This document shows positions 60,251-64,000 of a DNA stretch of 64,000 nt, piece after piece. Location of the stretch: positions 1 to 64,000 of the forward strand of contig JAWBBW010000006.1 in assembly GCA_038824035.1 (NCBI GenBank). Reading direction: 5' to 3'. A model generated the notes under the pieces. It was given only the letters and a program-made list of their open reading frames with translations, was not told the origin of the DNA and searched no databases. How positions within the stretch are numbered: the first letter of the stretch is position 1; each line of letters opens with the position of its first letter. The DNA is from Desulfurococcaceae archaeon (GTDB taxonomy: Archaea > Thermoproteota > Thermoprotei_A > Sulfolobales > Desulfurococcaceae). The position numbers and the translations under genes are program-made.

Positions 60251-60973
60251 TCACTTTAAATAATTTATTTCGTAAGCCTTGAGCGCGTATTCTGCCATTT
60301 CCTTGATCACTGCATAGGGGTCCTTCGACTTCACTATGGCAGATGCCACTAATACACCGCTTGTTCCCAGTTTAATGGCAATATATACATCTTCACCTGT
60401 CGTTATACCGGCACCAGTTAAAACAGTGATATCAGGGTTTATTCTTTTTATTAAATTAAGGGTACGCGTGATCACTTCTGGCTTAGCCTTACTCACACTG
60501 ATACCTGTCCCTATTAACTCGGGTGGTTCTATAGCGATCATATGAGGTTCTAATACAGCTATTGCACCACTTATCTCAGGTACATCCGCGCATGCCAATA
60601 CCTTTAAGCCGAGGCTCTTGGCTTTTTTAATTAAATAATTGATATCAGTTAATTTCAATCTGTGCTCGCTGTGATTTATTATGACACCGTGAACACCTAG
60701 TTCCTTTAAACCCTCCAATGGTATATAGCCAGTTATAGCACCGGGTTCTAATGGATCAGCATGTTGAGCGAAAACTTTGATATCAGTGTTTTTAACAACT
60801 TCTAGAACTCTGTAAATCTCTGTGAAAGGGGGTGCCAAGATCACCTCTATTCCTGTTTCTTCCCAAACCTTTACAGCGGCGTTTGCTATTTTAACGGCAT
60901 TTTCACCGAAACTGTTTGGATAATAAGCCTTATAATTAATAGCCAATATTGGTCTTTTCGCTAAAACACCCAC
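60251..60973 (-). CDS. tpiA: Triosephosphate isomerase
   Basis: INYK, NHSE, IEPPELIGTG, GVLVASA. Confidence 0.96.
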   Translation of the reverse strand: MGVLAKRPILAINYKAYYPNSFGENAVKIANAAVKVWEETGIEVILAPPFTEIYRVLEVVKNTDIKVFAQHADPLEPGAITGYIPLEGLKELGVHGVIINHSEHRLKLTDINYLIKKAKSLGLKVLACADVPEISGAIAVLEPHMIAIEPPELIGTGISVSKAKPEVITRTLNLIKRINPDITVLTGAGITTGEDVYIAIKLGTSGVLVASAIVKSKDPYAVIKEMAEYALKAYEINYLK

Positions 60974-61015
60974 AATATGTCACCCTTTATTACATCGCTA
61001 TTGTGTATAAGCAGG

Positions 61016-62167
61016 TTATTGGCCAGATAACAACTCTGTATGTCTCCTAATCACCTTGATCTCTTCTGATTTTATGAACCGGTCCTTTATTTTCTCCAAT
61101 ACCATTGGAAGAGTTGTGTATTCCATTTCCTCGGGGCCAAGTCTATGCGGCATGAATGGTCCATGACGTCTCATATAATCCGCTATGAATTGCGCCAATT
61201 TCCTAGTCTCATCAAATGCTACATCGTCAAATAGGTCAACTGGCCCTATTAATTTGCCGTGAGAGATATTCCATCCCAACGCTATTAACCTGGGCGGGCC
61301 ATCGAATCGAGTTGTCTTAGCATATCTCAATGGCACTGGCATTAATGGTCCATAATGGCTTCCTCTCATCCACCCGGCCACTAGGTGGGGGAAGGCGAAG
61401 GCCTCTAAAATCTCTCCTACAGCTGGTAGACCATGCTGTGCCCTAACTATTGCTACTGGATCATCCTTGCCCACGTATCTACCTGCGATCAGGTTTAATC
61501 TCTCCACACTAACCACGGCCGTGAGTAAGTTGTCGCTTTTCCTATAAACCCTTCTTATAACATATCTGCCAGTAGTGCCTATTAATGCCAATATATCGTA
61601 CATTTCTTCAGGTGCTTTCATCAACACGCTTTTTCCCTCGAATACGTCGTATATCTCAAATACAAAGCCATCATGCATTTTGGGGTCTATGACGAGGCCA
61701 GCTGTGTTAAATGGGTCGGCGAACACTCTGAACAATGGTAGATTAAATGCTCCAGGTTCGGTCTTATCAGCGTGGAATGTTATCACTGGTTCCGACTCCC
61801 TCTCCTCCATCTCTAATTCAGCTACACCGGGTCCCATTCCCTTAACATTACCGGAGAATGTATCTGACAATAGATCTTGACCAGCTGCATATAACTTTAA
61901 TTCCTTGGCAACTCTTGTGGCTGCTTTGAAAGCATCCCATGCAAGACCATGTATATCTGGGTGATCAGGGCCCTTATTATGAGTCATTATCAACTGTATA
62001 TCGTCTCCAGCATAAGTGACATAGAAATCTATTATTATGCCCTTTTGCTTGGCTTCAGCTAAGATCTTTGTCACAGTAGCCAATTGATCTGGATGAGGCA
62101 TGTGATGGCCTGATATACTACCTAGATCAGCTTTTATCACGGATAAAGTTACTTTTGTACCCACCAT
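61016..62167 (-). CDS. fbp: Bifunctional fructose-1,6-bisphosphate aldolase/phosphatase
   Basis: SVIKADLG, GDD, GQDLL, DKTEPGAFN, YVGKDDP. Confidence 0.96.
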   Translation of the reverse strand: MVGTKVTLSVIKADLGSISGHHMPHPDQLATVTKILAEAKQKGIIIDFYVTYAGDDIQLIMTHNKGPDHPDIHGLAWDAFKAATRVAKELKLYAAGQDLLSDTFSGNVKGMGPGVAELEMEERESEPVITFHADKTEPGAFNLPLFRVFADPFNTAGLVIDPKMHDGFVFEIYDVFEGKSVLMKAPEEMYDILALIGTTGRYVIRRVYRKSDNLLTAVVSVERLNLIAGRYVGKDDPVAIVRAQHGLPAVGEILEAFAFPHLVAGWMRGSHYGPLMPVPLRYAKTTRFDGPPRLIALGWNISHGKLIGPVDLFDDVAFDETRKLAQFIADYMRRHGPFMPHRLGPEEMEYTTLPMVLEKIKDRFIKSEEIKVIRRHTELLSGQ

Positions 62168-62321
62168 TCTACACCTCAGCTAGTAATATTCAAGATGAAT
62201 TTAATAAATTTTAAATCATTATGTAACCTTCAAGATCTTGAATATTTGTAAAGGAGAAGGATTATATCGATTAGATGACCATTTTAAGAGTATTTGTGCT
62301 CATGAATTTTTTGAACATGCC

Positions 62322-64000
62322 TTAATCAGCGAGGTAATATTCTTCTCTTAGTTTTTGTTCTCTATCAGCAACAGAGTCGAGCTTATTTATTCGAGGACGC
62401 CCAGTCTCAGGATCTCTTCTAACAGTTATATTTAGTTGTTTCAACAGGATGTTCAAACCCTTTCTCAGATCCAACGGCGTGCTGGCATACCCCATGATGG
62501 CGGGAGTGCCAGTGAAAACTATTAACTTATCACTTATGTAATTTTGTACCATTAAATCGTGTTCTACCACTATGGATGCTTTTTGTCTATCCTCTATAAT
62601 TCTCCTTATAATCTTTGATATTGATATCCGCTCCTCCACATCTAGGTATGCCGATGGCTCATCTAATAGATAGATATCGGCATCCTGTGAAAGTGTGTAG
62701 GCAATCGCCAGTTTCTGCAATTCACCACCACTGAGATCTCCGATTTTTCTATCAAACATCTTATCTAGTCTCAGTTTTCTAATTAATTCGTTGTACAACC
62801 AAGTAGATGGATTTACAGTGTCAGGGGAGGCTTTTTTAAGATTCCCGATCACCGTTTCCTCGGTGAAAAACCTAGGCGATATTTCCTGTGGTTTTATACT
62901 AACCTTATCAGTGGATATGAGCACTGCACCTTCTTTAGGTTTCAATTCATTGCTTAATAGTTTTATGAAGGTTGTTTTACCTATACCATTGGGGCCCAGT
63001 ATTCCTATTACTTCACTTGACAATATTTCGCCTGGTTCAGCTACTAGTTTGAAATCAGAGGATGGGTACTGGAATTCGAGTCTCTCCCATTTTAATACGG
63101 GGAAGCCTTGTTTCCCTGATTTCTCCTTTTCTCTTATCGTTATATTGAACTTTAATTCCTCTTCGCGTATACGCATATTTTCAGCGGGCAAATATCCTTT
63201 CAAGTAATGATTTATCCCTGAACGAGCGCTATAGGGCTTTGATACTATTCCAAACACGCCAGGCTCACCGTACACAACTGAAATGTGATCACTAATGTAA
63301 TCGAGTACCATTAAATCATGTTCCACCACTATTACATAGTTTTTCTCGTAATCGCTAAATTCTCTTATAACATTAGCTATCCTCAGCCTTTCACGTATAT
63401 CCAGGTAGCTACATGGCTCATCGAAGAAATATGCATTGGCGTTCTTAACTAAGGTGGCTGTAATTAGGAATTTCTGCAGTTCTCCTCCACTTAATTCACT
63501 TATTTTCCTTTCCAAGATGTTTTTAAGTCCTAAGCTTTGTACAATATCATTCATTAATCCCCTTTCGTCGATTTTACGTAAAATTTCTATTACAGTGCCC
63601 TTCAGCACTCTCCTTGTAAGTTCCACGTACTGAGGCTTAACTATTGCCTTAATCTCGTTGTTGGAAAGTTTGATCAGATATGTCTGTAATTCTGTGCCTC
63701 TAAATGCCCTTATTATTTCATCCCATCCGGGTGGATCATCATATTTTCCTAGATTCGGCCTTAATTGACCAGATAATATCCTTATACTAGTGGTTTTCCC
63801 GGCGCCATTTTTACCTATTATGCCAAGTATACTGCCTCTGCGAGGCGCTGGCAAATTATATAGTTTGAACATGTTTTCCCCATATCGGTGTATTAATAGT
63901 TTCTCGTATTCGTCTGGTACATTCACTATTGATATAGCATTAAATGGACATTTCTTAATACAAATACCACATCCCATGCAGACATTCTCGAATATGATAG
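62322..64000 (-). CDS. Ribosome recycling ATPase ABCE1/RLI (5' end outside the window)
   Basis: FeS motif CMGCGICIKKCP; two ABC domains (GKNGAGKT, GPNGIGKT, LSGGELQ); frame stays open to the window edge. Confidence 0.95.
   Translation of the reverse strand, partial: IIFENVCMGCGICIKKCPFNAISIVNVPDEYEKLLIHRYGENMFKLYNLPAPRRGSILGIIGKNGAGKTTSIRILSGQLRPNLGKYDDPPGWDEIIRAFRGTELQTYLIKLSNNEIKAIVKPQYVELTRRVLKGTVIEILRKIDERGLMNDIVQSLGLKNILERKISELSGGELQKFLITATLVKNANAYFFDEPCSYLDIRERLRIANVIREFSDYEKNYVIVVEHDLMVLDYISDHISVVYGEPGVFGIVSKPYSARSGINHYLKGYLPAENMRIREEELKFNITIREKEKSGKQGFPVLKWERLEFQYPSSDFKLVAEPGEILSSEVIGILGPNGIGKTTFIKLLSNELKPKEGAVLISTDKVSIKPQEISPRFFTEETVIGNLKKASPDTVNPSTWLYNELIRKLRLDKMFDRKIGDLSGGELQKLAIAYTLSQDADIYLLDEPSAYLDVEERISISKIIRRIIEDRQKASIVVEHDLMVQNYISDKLIVFTGTPAIMGYASTPLDLRKGLNILLKQLNITVRRDPETGRPRINKLDSVADREQKLREEYYLAD

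Overview
AT-rich core-genome window from a hyperthermophilic crenarchaeote, most consistent with Desulfurococcaceae. Support: reverse gyrase, two Alba genes, L38e, unlinked 5S rRNA, BHB-intron tRNAs, GGTGA Shine-Dalgarno motifs. It holds about 65 housekeeping CDS. These include a nrdD-nrdG-thyX-dcd-yjjX dNTP cluster, the rnp4-S19e-L39e-L31e-eIF6-LX-pfdA-ftsY-secE-spt5-L11-L1-L10-L12-alaS cluster, the aIF2b-NMD3-aIF1A-RIO1-Dim2 cluster, cdc48, fen, xpb, rgy, tyrS, pyk, tpi, fbp and partial ABCE1. RNA genes are 8 tRNAs (7 introns in 6 of them), RNase P RNA, 5S rRNA, four candidate C/D-box guides and one H/ACA-like RNA. I saw no mobile elements or CRISPR arrays. The most interesting signals are non-coding: (1) a probable cdc6-unlinked replication origin between alba2 and rnpB; (2) a tRNA-Trp intron with a K-turn and antisense arms that compete with its own splice motif; (3) a distant H/ACA-like RNA with 13 nt of perfect complementarity to that intron's 3' splice junction; (4) an apparent ATC start codon for rpl12. 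All calls come from motif recognition by eye; no searches were run.
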